Shown: one piece after another, positions 1 to 9,979 of the stretch | How positions within the stretch are numbered: position 1 is the stretch's first letter | How the letters are laid out: every line of letters starts with the position of its first letter | Source of the DNA: Candidatus Latescibacterota bacterium | Lineage (GTDB): Bacteria; Latescibacterota; UBA2968 | DNA: 64,000 nt | Assembly: GCA_965222605.1 (NCBI GenBank) | Contig: OZ244960.1 | Coordinates: 4,640,001 to 4,704,000 of the forward strand | Direction of reading: 5' to 3' | The notes under the pieces: generated by a model | What the model saw: only the letters and a program-made list of their open reading frames with translations | The model's database searches: none | Told to the model about the DNA's origin: nothing | Program-made: the position numbers and the translations under genes

Positions 1-130
1 CGGCAAAAACGCGCAACTCACCCTTTGAGCGCAAAGGCATATCCCGATATATTGGCGCATCCTCTTGCCCGTATGCCGTTGCCCAGAAACAGGTGGCAGC
101 CATTGCAACATACCATTTTATGGAACGCAT
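1..130 (-). CDS. Secreted protein, 5' part only (runs off window edge)
   Basis: Hand translation MRSIKWYVAMAATCFWATAYGQEDAPIYRD... with signal-peptide character and a GGAGG RBS upstream; not in ORF track. Confidence 0.6.
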   Translation of the reverse strand, partial: MRSIKWYVAMAATCFWATAYGQEDAPIYRDMPLRSKGELRVFA

Positions 131-215
131 GACGATCCTCCAGGTGTATACACAACAATTCCCCGGCTGGAATTTAAGACAGTATAAAGAGTTGAGAGAA
201 TGGAATCAAGCGTTA

Positions 216-1100
216 TCAAGCCACTTGATCTGCAGCGTGGTAGGAACTGCGCACCAGTGGGCCGGATTCGACATGCTGAAAATCCAGCGTGAGCGCGAAT
301 TGTTTGAGATCCAAAAATTCATCGGGATGGTAAAAGCGCCCCACAGGGACGTGTCGGGCAGACGGTTGCAGATATTGGCCTACCGTGAGAATATCGGTTT
401 TGCAATCTGCGATATCTCGAATCGTCTGGCGGACCTCGTCTGAGGTTTCGCCAGCACCGACCATAATACCCGACTTTGTGGGCATACCGCGCCCCATCGC
501 TTTGGCCCGTTTCAAAAGTGCCAACGACCTGTCGTATTTTGCCTGGGGGCGCATGGTTTTATACAGGCGCGGTACGGTTTCGACATTGTGGTTTAAGATA
601 TCGGGTGCTGCTTCTATGACCGCGCGCAATGCCTGCCAATTGCCCTGAAAATCCGGGATCAAGACTTCGACCTTTGTGTGTCTGCACAACCGCCGAATCG
701 CATATATCGTCTCGGCAAAAATGCGCGCCCCCCCGTCTGGGAGTTCATCGCGATTGACCGACGTGACCACTGCATGCCGCAATCCCATTGTCTGCACGGC
801 TTTGGCGACCCGTTCGGGTTCTTCTGTATCAAGGCCCTCTGGACGTCCGGTTTTCACCGCACAGAATCCACAACTCCGCGTACACACATCTCCCAAAATC
901 ATAAATGTTGCGGTGCCCGAATTCCAGCATTCGCCGATATTGGGACAGCGCGCACTTTCGCAGACTGTATGGAGATTTAACCCGCGCATCAAGTTTTTCA
1001 ACGTGCGGTATCCCTCACTGCCTGGAGCTGGCACGCGAAACCATTCGGGCAATCGCCTTCGGCGCACAGAAGGTGCTTTTATGTCCATCAAACCATTCAT
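216..1100 (-). CDS. lipA: Lipoyl synthase
   Basis: CESARCPNIGEC, CTRSCGFC radical-SAM motif, C-terminal RSSY; ATGA overlap with miaB. Confidence 0.97.
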   Translation of the reverse strand: MNGLMDIKAPSVRRRRLPEWFRVPAPGSEGYRTLKNLMRGLNLHTVCESARCPNIGECWNSGTATFMILGDVCTRSCGFCAVKTGRPEGLDTEEPERVAKAVQTMGLRHAVVTSVNRDELPDGGARIFAETIYAIRRLCRHTKVEVLIPDFQGNWQALRAVIEAAPDILNHNVETVPRLYKTMRPQAKYDRSLALLKRAKAMGRGMPTKSGIMVGAGETSDEVRQTIRDIADCKTDILTVGQYLQPSARHVPVGRFYHPDEFLDLKQFALTLDFQHVESGPLVRSSYHAADQVA

Positions 1101-2476
1101 TGCACTCTCCGCCCAGTCAGTGTGCGCAAAGTCGTTTGGGTAATCTCGACATCGGTGAGCGCGTTGTTTGCGACGCCCTCGCGGGGAAATACGACCGTCT
1201 TAAAGCCATCGGATTTTCCCACGGCCAACCCCTCGCCTTTGCGGGCATCTCCCTGCACCAAAACCTCAAGAGTACGACCGATATAAGTCGCATTGATTTC
1301 TTCAGAAATGCGGTTTTGTCGTGCAATAATAGTTTCGAGCCTTTGTCCCTTTTCCTTTTCTGGTACCGTATCGGGCATCTCGCGGAAAGCGACCGTGCCT
1401 TTTCGCGCAGAATACTTAAACATAAATGCGGAATCATAACGCACTTGCGCCATCAATGCCAGCGTAGCTTCAAAGTCGGTTTGGGTTTCGCCGGAAAAGC
1501 CAGCGATGATATCCGTACTCAAACACAGATCCGGCATTGCGTTGCGCAAATCATCGACCAGCGCGAGATAGTTTTCGACGGTATAGCTACGCTTCATCGC
1601 TTTTAGAACGCGGTTTGATCCGGACTGCACGGGTAAATGAATAAAGCGACAAATTTTCTTTTCGCGCGCCATCATTTCAATGAATTTTTCAGAGAAATCA
1701 CTCGGATGGGGCGAGGTAAAGCGAATGCGGGAAATGCCGTCTATGCGCGCAATCATCGAAAGCAGATCGGCAAAATCGTAGGTGCCATCGCGATAAGAAT
1801 TGACGGTTTGGCCCAATAAGGTGACTTCTCGAAAACCCGCATTGGCGGCGGCTTGAACCTGTCTGACAATTTCGCGCGCCGGTACGCTGCGCTCTCTGCC
1901 GCGTACGTAGGGCACGATACAGAATGTGCAAAACTTATCGCATCCGCGCATAATGGTGATCCAGGCATTGCTGCCCTCTTCGCGCAAAGGATCGATATCC
2001 ATATAATATTCGCCGCGATCCAAACGCACATCCAGAGCCGAATCACCACGCGCTTCGGCAATGAGTTCGGGTAGTCGCCGATACGAATCTGGCCCCACGA
2101 CGAGATCGACATAGGGCGCGTCGTTCATCAGGGACTCTGAAACGTGTTTGGCCATGCATCCCGATACCCCCATAATCAGGTCTGGACGCAGATATTTCAG
2201 CTTGCGCAATTGCCCCAATCTGCCCCTTATTCGCTCTTCGGCGTGTTCGCGTATCGCGCAGGTATTCAGCACGATGACATCGGCATCTTCTGGACGAGGA
2301 GCAAAGGTATAACCCGATTGCTTTAAAATGCCCAGCATCAGTTCCGTATCCGATACATTCATCTGGCAACCGTACGTCTCGATAAAAACCTTTTGCCCAG
2401 ACACGGACGCGACAGGTATCTCGGTTTGTACAGCGCGACCGTCTAATTCTATATCGAGCAATGCGCTCACGTTCAT
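1097..2476 (-). CDS. miaB: tRNA-2-methylthio-N6-dimethylallyladenosine synthase
   Basis: TYGCQMN, NTCAIRE, GCDKFCTFC, C-terminal TRAM-like region. Confidence 0.96.
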   Translation of the reverse strand: MNVSALLDIELDGRAVQTEIPVASVSGQKVFIETYGCQMNVSDTELMLGILKQSGYTFAPRPEDADVIVLNTCAIREHAEERIRGRLGQLRKLKYLRPDLIMGVSGCMAKHVSESLMNDAPYVDLVVGPDSYRRLPELIAEARGDSALDVRLDRGEYYMDIDPLREEGSNAWITIMRGCDKFCTFCIVPYVRGRERSVPAREIVRQVQAAANAGFREVTLLGQTVNSYRDGTYDFADLLSMIARIDGISRIRFTSPHPSDFSEKFIEMMAREKKICRFIHLPVQSGSNRVLKAMKRSYTVENYLALVDDLRNAMPDLCLSTDIIAGFSGETQTDFEATLALMAQVRYDSAFMFKYSARKGTVAFREMPDTVPEKEKGQRLETIIARQNRISEEINATYIGRTLEVLVQGDARKGEGLAVGKSDGFKTVVFPREGVANNALTDVEITQTTLRTLTGRRVQ

Positions 2477-2483
2477 TTCCTTT

Positions 2484-3593
2484 TTATTTTTTTATTGCCA
2501 AACGGATCTCTGCTATTACTTCTGCATCGCGTTCACACAACAGTGCTTTGTCAAGTTCCCGTCTCGCCCGTCCGCCCCCAATTTTGCCCAGTGCCCAGGC
2601 CGCGTGTTGTCGCACGAGCGGCTCGTTATCTTTCAGGGCATTTGCCAGGGCGGGAACTTCGGATTTGCTTCCCACATTGCCCAGTGCCACGGCAACATTG
2701 CGCAATAATCCACGCCGTTTGGCGCGTTTTATCGGGCTGTTTTTGAATCGCTTTGAAAAAGCCTCTTGATCCATGTAAAGCAAGTCGGTCAGCGCGGGCG
2801 CATTCAAACCCTCGCGTGCTTGAAAAGCATTTTCAGAGGTTGGCTCTGCGTGTTTGCGATTCCAGGGGCATACTTCCTGGCAGATATCACATCCAAAAAC
2901 CCAGTTGCCCATATCCGATCTCAAATCCCGCGGAATAGCGCCTTTCAATTCAATGGTCAAATAGGAAATACACCGCCGCGAATCCACGACATAAGGTTCT
3001 GGAATAGCGTCTGTTGGACACGCATCCAGGCACTGCGTACAGGTGCCGCAGTGATCGGGTTGCGGGCGATCAACTTTTAGATCGAGATTCAGAATAATCT
3101 CGCCTAAAAAAAACCAGGACCCGCGGCCTTTGTCAATCAAGCAAGTGTGTTTTCCAAACCAGCCCAGCCCGGCTCGGGCGGCAAAATCGCGCTCCAGAAC
3201 AGGTCCGGTATCTACATAGACCCGCCCCTCAGCAGAGGGTTCTATTTTTTGAATTTCGGCCAGCAACTCAAATAAGCGGTCTTTCATGACGATGTGATAA
3301 TCATCGCCACGCGCATAACGTGCAATTTGCCCTTCAGGCGCACCGCCATTTTCAGATCCATCGGAATGGGGTTGGTAATTGAGACCCACGCACAGTACTG
3401 ATTTTGCATCTGGAAGGATTTGGCGTATATCTGACCGCCGATCCAGATTGCGCGCCAAATACCCCATTTTGCCTGCGTAGCCCATCCCCAACCACTTTTG
3501 ATAAAACGCCCAGTGTTGCGGGGGATCTACGGATGCAATTCCCACGGGATTAAATCCCAAACGCCGCGCCGCGTTCTTAATCCGATGAGTCAT
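2484..3593 (-). CDS. queG: Epoxyqueuosine reductase with C-terminal HEAT repeats
   Basis: ARYARGDDYH, VDTGPVLER, CGTCTQCLDACPT, CISYLTIE, GCDICQEVCPWN; start taken at MTHRIK. Confidence 0.95.
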   Translation of the reverse strand: MTHRIKNAARRLGFNPVGIASVDPPQHWAFYQKWLGMGYAGKMGYLARNLDRRSDIRQILPDAKSVLCVGLNYQPHSDGSENGGAPEGQIARYARGDDYHIVMKDRLFELLAEIQKIEPSAEGRVYVDTGPVLERDFAARAGLGWFGKHTCLIDKGRGSWFFLGEIILNLDLKVDRPQPDHCGTCTQCLDACPTDAIPEPYVVDSRRCISYLTIELKGAIPRDLRSDMGNWVFGCDICQEVCPWNRKHAEPTSENAFQAREGLNAPALTDLLYMDQEAFSKRFKNSPIKRAKRRGLLRNVAVALGNVGSKSEVPALANALKDNEPLVRQHAAWALGKIGGGRARRELDKALLCERDAEVIAEIRLAIKK

Positions 3594-3647
3594 GCAGGCA
3601 CTCCCAAAATAGAGGGCAGGACACAACAATGCCCTGCCCCGTGATTT

Positions 3648-4022
3648 CTAAGTCTGACGAGCCAGTTTGCCAAGTGCATTGTGAACCACATCTACCGCCA
3701 GATCAGCGGCGTGTTTTCGCGTGGGGGGCAAGCCGCCAAGCGCGGTCTCGATATCGGCACGAGTGATTTTACACGCCTGATGGGGCGTCTTGCCATTCAC
3801 CCATTCCGTGAGCACAGATCCCGAAGCAATGGTTGCAGCGCATCCCTGCGCGCGGAAAAGAGCGCGGCCAATAATGCCGTCTTTGATGGCAAGATGCAGG
3901 GATAGGATCGCACCCGAAGCTGGATTTTCTGCAAATCCAATTGCATCGGGGGTGTCCAATACGCCGACATTTCTGGGATGTTCAAAGTGATCCCGCACAA
4001 CTGTGGAATAACCGTCAGACAT
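3648..4022 (-). CDS. IscU/NifU-N-like protein with degenerate cluster ligands
   Basis: YSTVVRDHFEHPRNVG, GCAATIASGS, LGGLPPTRKH; NPxCGD appears as NPASGA and HC as HA. Confidence 0.85.
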   Translation of the reverse strand: MSDGYSTVVRDHFEHPRNVGVLDTPDAIGFAENPASGAILSLHLAIKDGIIGRALFRAQGCAATIASGSVLTEWVNGKTPHQACKITRADIETALGGLPPTRKHAADLAVDVVHNALGKLARQT

Positions 4023-4026
4023 GGGA

Positions 4027-5715
4027 TTACGCGCTGGCCTGTGTAGAAGTTCCCGAGCGGTAATTGCTATTGCGCCCGCGTCGCCCGTAGCGTCGTCCCC
4101 GACTGCGCGGGATGCGTTTGCCAGAGCGACCAGCCCAATCTGTGGCAATTGTTTGTCTAATTACCGTGATCTGAACCTCGCCTGGATAGGTCATTTCCTC
4201 GCGAATGCGCTCGGCAATTACAAAGGACAGATCTTTGGCCTGTTCGTCGTTCACGTGCCCGGCATTGACCAGCACGCGCACTTCGCGTCCTGCATTGATG
4301 GCATAAGCATCGCGCACGCCATCGAAAGATTGTGCCACCTCCTCTAAATCGCGCACCCGTTTGATATATCCCTCGGCATCATCGCGTCGAGCACCGGGCC
4401 GCGATGAAGAAATCGCATCGGCGGCTTTGACCAAAAACGAAAGCGGGGTGGTAGCCTCTGCCTCACCGTGGTGATAAAAAATGCCGTTGATAACCTCTGG
4501 GCCCTCGCCGTATTTGCCGGCCAGATGCGCGCCGATGTCGGTGTGTTTGCCCTCGAGTTCCTGGTCCACGGCTTTGCCAATATCGTGCAACAGCCCACAT
4601 CGCCGCGCGAGTTTTTCATCCATGCCCAATTCTGATGCCATTGCACCGGCCAGAAAAGCCACTTCTTTGGAATGTCCCAAAACGCTTTGTCCATAACTTG
4701 TGCGGTATTTGAGCTTCCCGACCAGTTTGACCAGTTCTGGATGCAATGATTCAATGCCCAATTCGCGCACTGCCCGGCGGCCTTCGTCGGCAATGAGCGA
4801 ATAGATCTTTTTTTCGCAATTGGCAACAACCGCTTCAACGCGGCTTGGATTGATGCGACCATCGCGCACCAATTGCTCCATAGACAGACGCGCCACATCG
4901 CGCTTGACCGGATCAAAGCTGGACAAGACAACTGCCTCGGGTGTATCATTGACAATGACTTTCACTCCTGTGGCAGCTTCAAAAGCAATGATATTGCGTC
5001 CCTCTTTGCCGACAATCCGCCCCTTGATATGATCATCGGGCAATGTGACAACCGATATGGATGACTGAACGGTTTGATCGGTGGAACAGCGTTCTATTGC
5101 CTGTGCCAGAATCTTCTTGGCCTCGCGGTGGGCTCGTTCTCTGGCGTGATCGATAATTTCTCGGCCGATATTTGTAGCTGTTTGCCGCAGTGAATTTCGG
5201 ATATTTTCGAGCAGCATCTCGCGGGCGCGATCGGCATTCATGCCCGAAATGCGCTCCAATTGCGCCCGTTGCTGATCGAGAATATCGGTCAGTTCCAGTT
5301 CTCGTTTTTCCAAACGGACGGCTTTTTGTTTCCCTTCTTGTTCCCGCCGGGTTAAGGTTTTTTCGCGCTGGCTTGCGACTTCGGTCTGTTTTACGAGGCG
5401 GGCTTCTTGTTCGTGTAATTCGCCGTTTCGGCGATCTAAAACACGTTGTTTTTCATCAAAAGACTTTTCAATTCCGCCCTTCTCTTCATACCAGCTATTT
5501 TTAATTTCTAAAAAAGTAGCCTTGCGATCTCGGTCTTCCTTTTTCGCGAGTTTAATTGCGCGTTTCTCTGCCTGCTGCTCAATATCTCGCATTTTTCGAT
5601 CTCTAATTCGGGTGCCAACAAACCACCCGATTCCAAACGTAATAAGGGCAATGGCAACTGCCAGATAGATGATACCGTTAGTTGCCATTGAAGCTCCCTG
5701 AAATAGCATGTCCAT
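4027..5715 (-). CDS. rny: Ribonuclease Y
   Basis: N-terminal TM, coiled coil, KH (KGRIVGKEGRNI), HD (LLHDIGK); AGGAGG RBS. Confidence 0.96.
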   Translation of the reverse strand: MDMLFQGASMATNGIIYLAVAIALITFGIGWFVGTRIRDRKMRDIEQQAEKRAIKLAKKEDRDRKATFLEIKNSWYEEKGGIEKSFDEKQRVLDRRNGELHEQEARLVKQTEVASQREKTLTRREQEGKQKAVRLEKRELELTDILDQQRAQLERISGMNADRAREMLLENIRNSLRQTATNIGREIIDHARERAHREAKKILAQAIERCSTDQTVQSSISVVTLPDDHIKGRIVGKEGRNIIAFEAATGVKVIVNDTPEAVVLSSFDPVKRDVARLSMEQLVRDGRINPSRVEAVVANCEKKIYSLIADEGRRAVRELGIESLHPELVKLVGKLKYRTSYGQSVLGHSKEVAFLAGAMASELGMDEKLARRCGLLHDIGKAVDQELEGKHTDIGAHLAGKYGEGPEVINGIFYHHGEAEATTPLSFLVKAADAISSSRPGARRDDAEGYIKRVRDLEEVAQSFDGVRDAYAINAGREVRVLVNAGHVNDEQAKDLSFVIAERIREEMTYPGEVQITVIRQTIATDWAGRSGKRIPRSRGRRYGRRGRNSNYRSGTSTQASA

Positions 5716-5940
5716 TGGAGCCTCCTGTCAAAATTCAAATCCGGTTTTATATCCATAACGCAGGTGCGTTTGAAGATGTCTCCAACAAGCTTTTGCACAA
5801 ACTGCGCCGATGCGTATAATGCACCGCAAAGAAAAAAAAGTATGTAAAAAATAGACGTCATGCGTTTTTGTTCCTCAGAAGCTATCTTAAAGCAATAGCG
5901 GGGGTATGTAGTTAACCTATCTCAATATTTTAAAGGACCC

Positions 5941-5973
5941 AAAAGGGAGGAATCGCGAGACGACCCCTCCCTT
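5941..5973 (-). terminator. Intrinsic terminator after sodA-prx-iscA
   Basis: AAGGGAGG...CCTCCCTT stem followed by TTTT on minus strand. Confidence 0.6.
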
Positions 5974-6003
5974 CTGCACATTGGCTTTTCTACAAAGCGA
6001 TGT

Positions 6004-6330
6004 TCAAACGCTAAACGATTCTCCACAGCCACACTGATTTTTGGCGTTGGGATTGTTAAATCGAAATCCCGTTCCCATCAGGCCATCGTCGTAGTCCAGT
6101 TCGGTGCCTGTCAAAAAGAGCGCGCTTTTCATATCGACAAAAACCCGAATGCCATAGGCTTCGATTACGCTGTCATCTGTGCGGGTTGTCTCATCGAAAT
6201 CGAGCTGATATTGAAAGCCAGAACATCCGCCGCCGATCACTTTTAGGCGCAAACCATGAGCTTCGGGCCGTCCGTCTCGGTCCATGAGTTCTTTGATTTT
6301 GCCCGCTGCTGTTTCTGTGACGCTAACCAT
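6004..6330 (-). CDS. A-type Fe-S carrier (IscA/ErpA/HesB)
   Basis: GGGCSGFQY and CGCGESF motifs. Confidence 0.93.
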   Translation of the reverse strand: MVSVTETAAGKIKELMDRDGRPEAHGLRLKVIGGGCSGFQYQLDFDETTRTDDSVIEAYGIRVFVDMKSALFLTGTELDYDDGLMGTGFRFNNPNAKNQCGCGESFSV

Positions 6331-6340
6331 AATGCCTCCA

Positions 6341-6817
6341 TTAGCTCAACGCTTGCAAACACGCCTTGATCGCATCAAAATCGGGCAACTCGGTTGGATC
6401 GTCAGACACAGAAGCAAAACGCACCACACCGCTTTTATCTACGACAAAAGCCGAACGCTTTGCCACGCCCTTAAATCCAATCAGGTCTTCGAATTGCGAC
6501 CCATAAGCCGCGCTGACTTCTTTGTTGAAATCGCTGAGCAAGGGAATGGTAATATCGTTTTCCTTTGCCCAGGCTTCCTGAGCAAAGGGACTATCCACGC
6601 TGATGCCTAAAACCTGTGCATCGAGTGCGTCGTAATCGGCCAAACCACCACTGACCGAGCACATTTCGTCGGTACAGACGCCGGTATAAGCCAGGGGGAA
6701 AAATAAAATCACGACGTTTTTTTCATCTCTGTAATCGCTCAGAGAAATATCTTCCATATCACCAGATTTTGATTTTAGCGTAAAATCCGGTGCACGGTCA
6801 CCTACACTAATATCCAT
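6341..6817 (-). CDS. Peroxiredoxin (AhpC/TSA family)
   Basis: GDRAPDFTL, FFPLAYTGVCTDEMC, ISVDSPF, LLSDFN; start taken at MDISVG. Confidence 0.9.
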   Translation of the reverse strand: MDISVGDRAPDFTLKSKSGDMEDISLSDYRDEKNVVILFFPLAYTGVCTDEMCSVSGGLADYDALDAQVLGISVDSPFAQEAWAKENDITIPLLSDFNKEVSAAYGSQFEDLIGFKGVAKRSAFVVDKSGVVRFASVSDDPTELPDFDAIKACLQALS

Positions 6818-6839
6818 TTTGCATATCCTTTGGTAAAAC

Positions 6840-7448
6840 TTACAGCGCAGCTTCGTAACGGCGGTTGACCTCGTCCCAGTTAATTGTATTGGTCCAGGCT
6901 TCAATATAATCGGGACGCAAATTCTGGTAATTGAGATAATAAGCGTGTTCCCATACATCGAGGCCGAGAATAGGCGTTCCGTCACCTGTCATGAGTGGAT
7001 TATCCTGGTTGGCTGTGCTCAAAATATCGAGTGTGCCATCTTTGACCACAAGCCAGGCCCACCCACTTCCAAAGCGCGTTGTTGCTGCGGTGACAAATTT
7101 TTCCTTCGCAGCTTCCATGCTGCCAAAATCGGCGACAATGGCTTCGGCGACTGCACCTGCTGGATCGCCGCCATTGGGACTCATAATTGTCCAGAACAAA
7201 CTGTGGTTGGCATGGCCGCCGCCATTGTTTTGAACAGCCGTTTTGATATCTTCTGGCACGCTGTCCAGATTGATGATTAAACTTTCGATAGATTGATTTG
7301 CCAGGTCATCGTGCCCCTCAAGTGCAGCATTGAGATTGGTCACATAGGCATTGTGGTGTTTGGAATGGTGAATTTCCATTGTCCGCGCATCAATGTGTGG
7401 CTCGAGTGCATCATAAGCATAGGGCAAGTCGGGCAATTGATATGCCAT
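6840..7448 (-). CDS. sodA: Superoxide dismutase, probably Mn-type
   Basis: [27 protein letters not shown]. Confidence 0.93.
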   Translation of the reverse strand: MAYQLPDLPYAYDALEPHIDARTMEIHHSKHHNAYVTNLNAALEGHDDLANQSIESLIINLDSVPEDIKTAVQNNGGGHANHSLFWTIMSPNGGDPAGAVAEAIVADFGSMEAAKEKFVTAATTRFGSGWAWLVVKDGTLDILSTANQDNPLMTGDGTPILGLDVWEHAYYLNYQNLRPDYIEAWTNTINWDEVNRRYEAAL

Positions 7449-7519
7449 TTTGAAACTCCTTGTGTAGAGATGAATGATTTAGAAATGAATTCCGATACTG
7501 TTACCGAGTTTGAACTCAA

Positions 7520-7548
7520 AATATAATGAACTCCCATAAGGACGTCAA
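7520..7548 (-). promoter_or_regulatory. sigma70-type promoter of sodA operon
   Basis: TTGACG-N17-TATATT on minus strand. Confidence 0.6.
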
Positions 7549-7617
7549 GTCCTTATACAAGCCTTTTATTTTATATAACATAAATACTTACAATAACTTG
7601 ACATACATGTGGTAAAA

Positions 7618-8472
7618 TCATTTGATGCGAACCAGTGCGTTGTCTATCAGACGTGCATTGCCAAACCGCACAGCCACGGCCAGCAAGATGGAATCTTTTA
7701 GCTCGGCAACAGGTGTGAGGTCTTTCGCATCGACGGCTTCGATATAGTCGATTTCTGCACAGCGCTGAGGTGCAATGACATCGCGCATGGCTTCAATAAC
7801 CTTTTGGGCGCGCCTTTCGCCCCGAGCGATCATTTTTTCCCCCACCATTAATGCGCGGTAAAGCGCGGGGGCTTCCCGCCGTTCTTCAGCGTTTAAATAA
7901 GCATTTCTCGAACTCATCGCCAATCCGTCCGCTTCGCGCACTGTGGGTGCCATCTGTATCTCCACATCCAAATTGAGATCGCGCACCATGCATTGAATGA
8001 CTATTGTTTGTTGTGCGTCTTTTTGCCCAAAGACAGCCACATGGGGTTTTACTGCTGCAAACAGTTTGGTGACGATTGTTGTCACACCTTCAAAATGTCC
8101 CGGACGACTTGCGCCACAAAGCCCTTCGGTCAGCTTTGCCACGCTCACCGATGTCGCAAAATCTCCGGGATATATTTCTTTTTTATCGGGAAGGTATGCG
8201 AGATGTACGCCGTGTTGGTCGAGCAATTCTATGTCCCGATTTATGTCTTTTGGATAGGCGGCGAGATCTTCGGTGGGACCAAATTGCAGCGGATTGACAA
8301 AAATGCTCACCACAACCCGGTCTGTTACTTTTAACGCCTGGCGCACGAGGCTGAGATGTCCTTCGTGCAAATATCCCATTGTGGGTACAAGCCCGATGTG
8401 CAAGCCCGCCTGTCGGATACGGTCTGCTGCGCGGTGCATCTCGTGAACGGTTTTTATAATTTTTACGGCCAT
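7618..8472 (-). CDS. panC: Pantoate-beta-alanine ligase
   Basis: PTMGYLHEGH, SIFVNPLQF, FGQKDAQQ, GLAMSSRN. Confidence 0.97.
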   Translation of the reverse strand: MAVKIIKTVHEMHRAADRIRQAGLHIGLVPTMGYLHEGHLSLVRQALKVTDRVVVSIFVNPLQFGPTEDLAAYPKDINRDIELLDQHGVHLAYLPDKKEIYPGDFATSVSVAKLTEGLCGASRPGHFEGVTTIVTKLFAAVKPHVAVFGQKDAQQTIVIQCMVRDLNLDVEIQMAPTVREADGLAMSSRNAYLNAEERREAPALYRALMVGEKMIARGERRAQKVIEAMRDVIAPQRCAEIDYIEAVDAKDLTPVAELKDSILLAVAVRFGNARLIDNALVRIK

Positions 8473-9305
8473 TATCTGTCTATCCGCGCTCTAAATCGGC
8501 TCAACTCCGAGTTTTTTATCTTAAAGCGGTGTTTGTCTTCTGGAAAACGGTGCGCCTTGATATCTGCGACATAGGCTGCAAATGCCTGATGCATCACCCC
8601 TTTGAGATCGGTGTATGTTTTGACAAACCGATAATGGCTTTTGTAAACGCCCAGCATATCGTGTGCAACCAGCACTTGCCCATCGCATACGCGCCCGGCG
8701 CCAATTCCAATAGTTGGCATGGACAACCGCTTGGTCACGACTTCGGCGACGCGCTCGGGCACGCATTCTAAAACTACTGCCAGCGCGCCGGCAGACGCCA
8801 GTGCATCGGCATCATATAGGACGTCGAGTGCTTCTTCGGCGCGATCGCCAAACACGGGGCGCTTACCCGTGCGCGTTTGAGGCGTATAGCCCACATGCCC
8901 AACCACGGGAATGCCCTCGGCGACGAGTGCCTCGACCTGGGGCGTTATATTGCGTCCCCCCTCGAGTTTAACCACTTCGGTACCAGCAAAAACCAATTGC
9001 CGCGCATTTTCTAATGCTTGCTCTGGCGTTTCGTAAGATCGATAGGGCAAATCTGCCATCAACAGGGCACTCACTACTCCGCGCCGCACCGCGCGCGTGT
9101 GGTGGAGCATATCATCCATTGTCACCTGCTGTGGGCTTTTATACCCCAACACATTGACGCCAACCGAGTCTCCCACAAAGATGACATCGACACCCGCTGC
9201 ATCCTGAAAAACAGCCGTGGGATGATCGTAACAGGTCAACATCGCAATGGGTTCGCCTCGTTGTTTCATCAGCGCGAGGGTTTCTGGTTTTACCCGCGAT
9301 CCCAT
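8472..9305 (-). CDS. panB: 3-methyl-2-oxobutanoate hydroxymethyltransferase
   Basis: MLTCYD, VGDSVG, VKLEGG, IGIGAG, DGQVLV. Confidence 0.95.
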   Translation of the reverse strand: MGSRVKPETLALMKQRGEPIAMLTCYDHPTAVFQDAAGVDVIFVGDSVGVNVLGYKSPQQVTMDDMLHHTRAVRRGVVSALLMADLPYRSYETPEQALENARQLVFAGTEVVKLEGGRNITPQVEALVAEGIPVVGHVGYTPQTRTGKRPVFGDRAEEALDVLYDADALASAGALAVVLECVPERVAEVVTKRLSMPTIGIGAGRVCDGQVLVAHDMLGVYKSHYRFVKTYTDLKGVMHQAFAAYVADIKAHRFPEDKHRFKIKNSELSRFRARIDR

Positions 9306-9308
9306 AAG

Positions 9309-9962
9309 TCAGGTCCGCCTTGTCTTGCCAGCTTCCATGTGCGCTGGCCGATAATAACGGGTTCCAGAAGGAGGCGATTTAATTTGTGCCAGTAAATCCT
9401 CTAAGTGTTCCGGGCGGTTTTCAAAATCGACCTCCGATACATTAACTGCGAGTAGTGGCGTTATCGAATAATGAAAGAAAAAATGGTTATAAGCTTCTAA
9501 TAACTGCGCGACGTATTCTTTTGTTATCTCTCTTTCATATCCACGTTCATGGCGTCTTATACCCCGCATCAGGTGATTGACTGTGGTTTGCAAATAAATC
9601 ACCAGATCTGGACGGGGAAGTTTTTCGCTCAATGTTTCGGCCAGTCGCTCATACAGCGCAAATTCCGTATCGTTGAGCGTCACATTGGCGTAGATGCGGT
9701 CTTTTTCAAAAATAAAATTGCTGACCACGGCGTCTTCAAACAAATCCATCTGATGCAGTTCTTGTTGTTGTCGATAGCGGCTTAGCATAAAAAAGACCTG
9801 GGTTTGAAAGCCATATTGATCTGGAGCCTCGTAAAACAAAGGCAAAAAGGGATTTTCTTCGGGTTCTTCGAGCAGCAGGCGAGCATTTAGACGACGCCCC
9901 AGCAGGCGAGCCAAACGCCTTTTGCCCACACCTGTTACTCCTTCAATAGCTATATATCGCAA
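9309..9962 (-). CDS. Deoxynucleoside kinase family protein
   Basis: IAIEGVTGVGK, ENPFL, PDLVIYL; usual folK-dNK-panB context. Confidence 0.88.
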   Translation of the reverse strand: MRYIAIEGVTGVGKRRLARLLGRRLNARLLLEEPEENPFLPLFYEAPDQYGFQTQVFFMLSRYRQQQELHQMDLFEDAVVSNFIFEKDRIYANVTLNDTEFALYERLAETLSEKLPRPDLVIYLQTTVNHLMRGIRRHERGYEREITKEYVAQLLEAYNHFFFHYSITPLLAVNVSEVDFENRPEHLEDLLAQIKSPPSGTRYYRPAHMEAGKTRRT

Positions 9963-9979
9963 TGCTAAATCCCTTGGTC

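Noticed and set aside
3648-4022. Selenocysteine explanation for missing IscU cysteines
   Set aside because: The positions are Ser/Ala sense codons with no in-frame TGA
5716-5940. Possible 6S RNA upstream of rny
   Set aside because: No zapA and no long irregular hairpin recognisable; needs a covariance-model search
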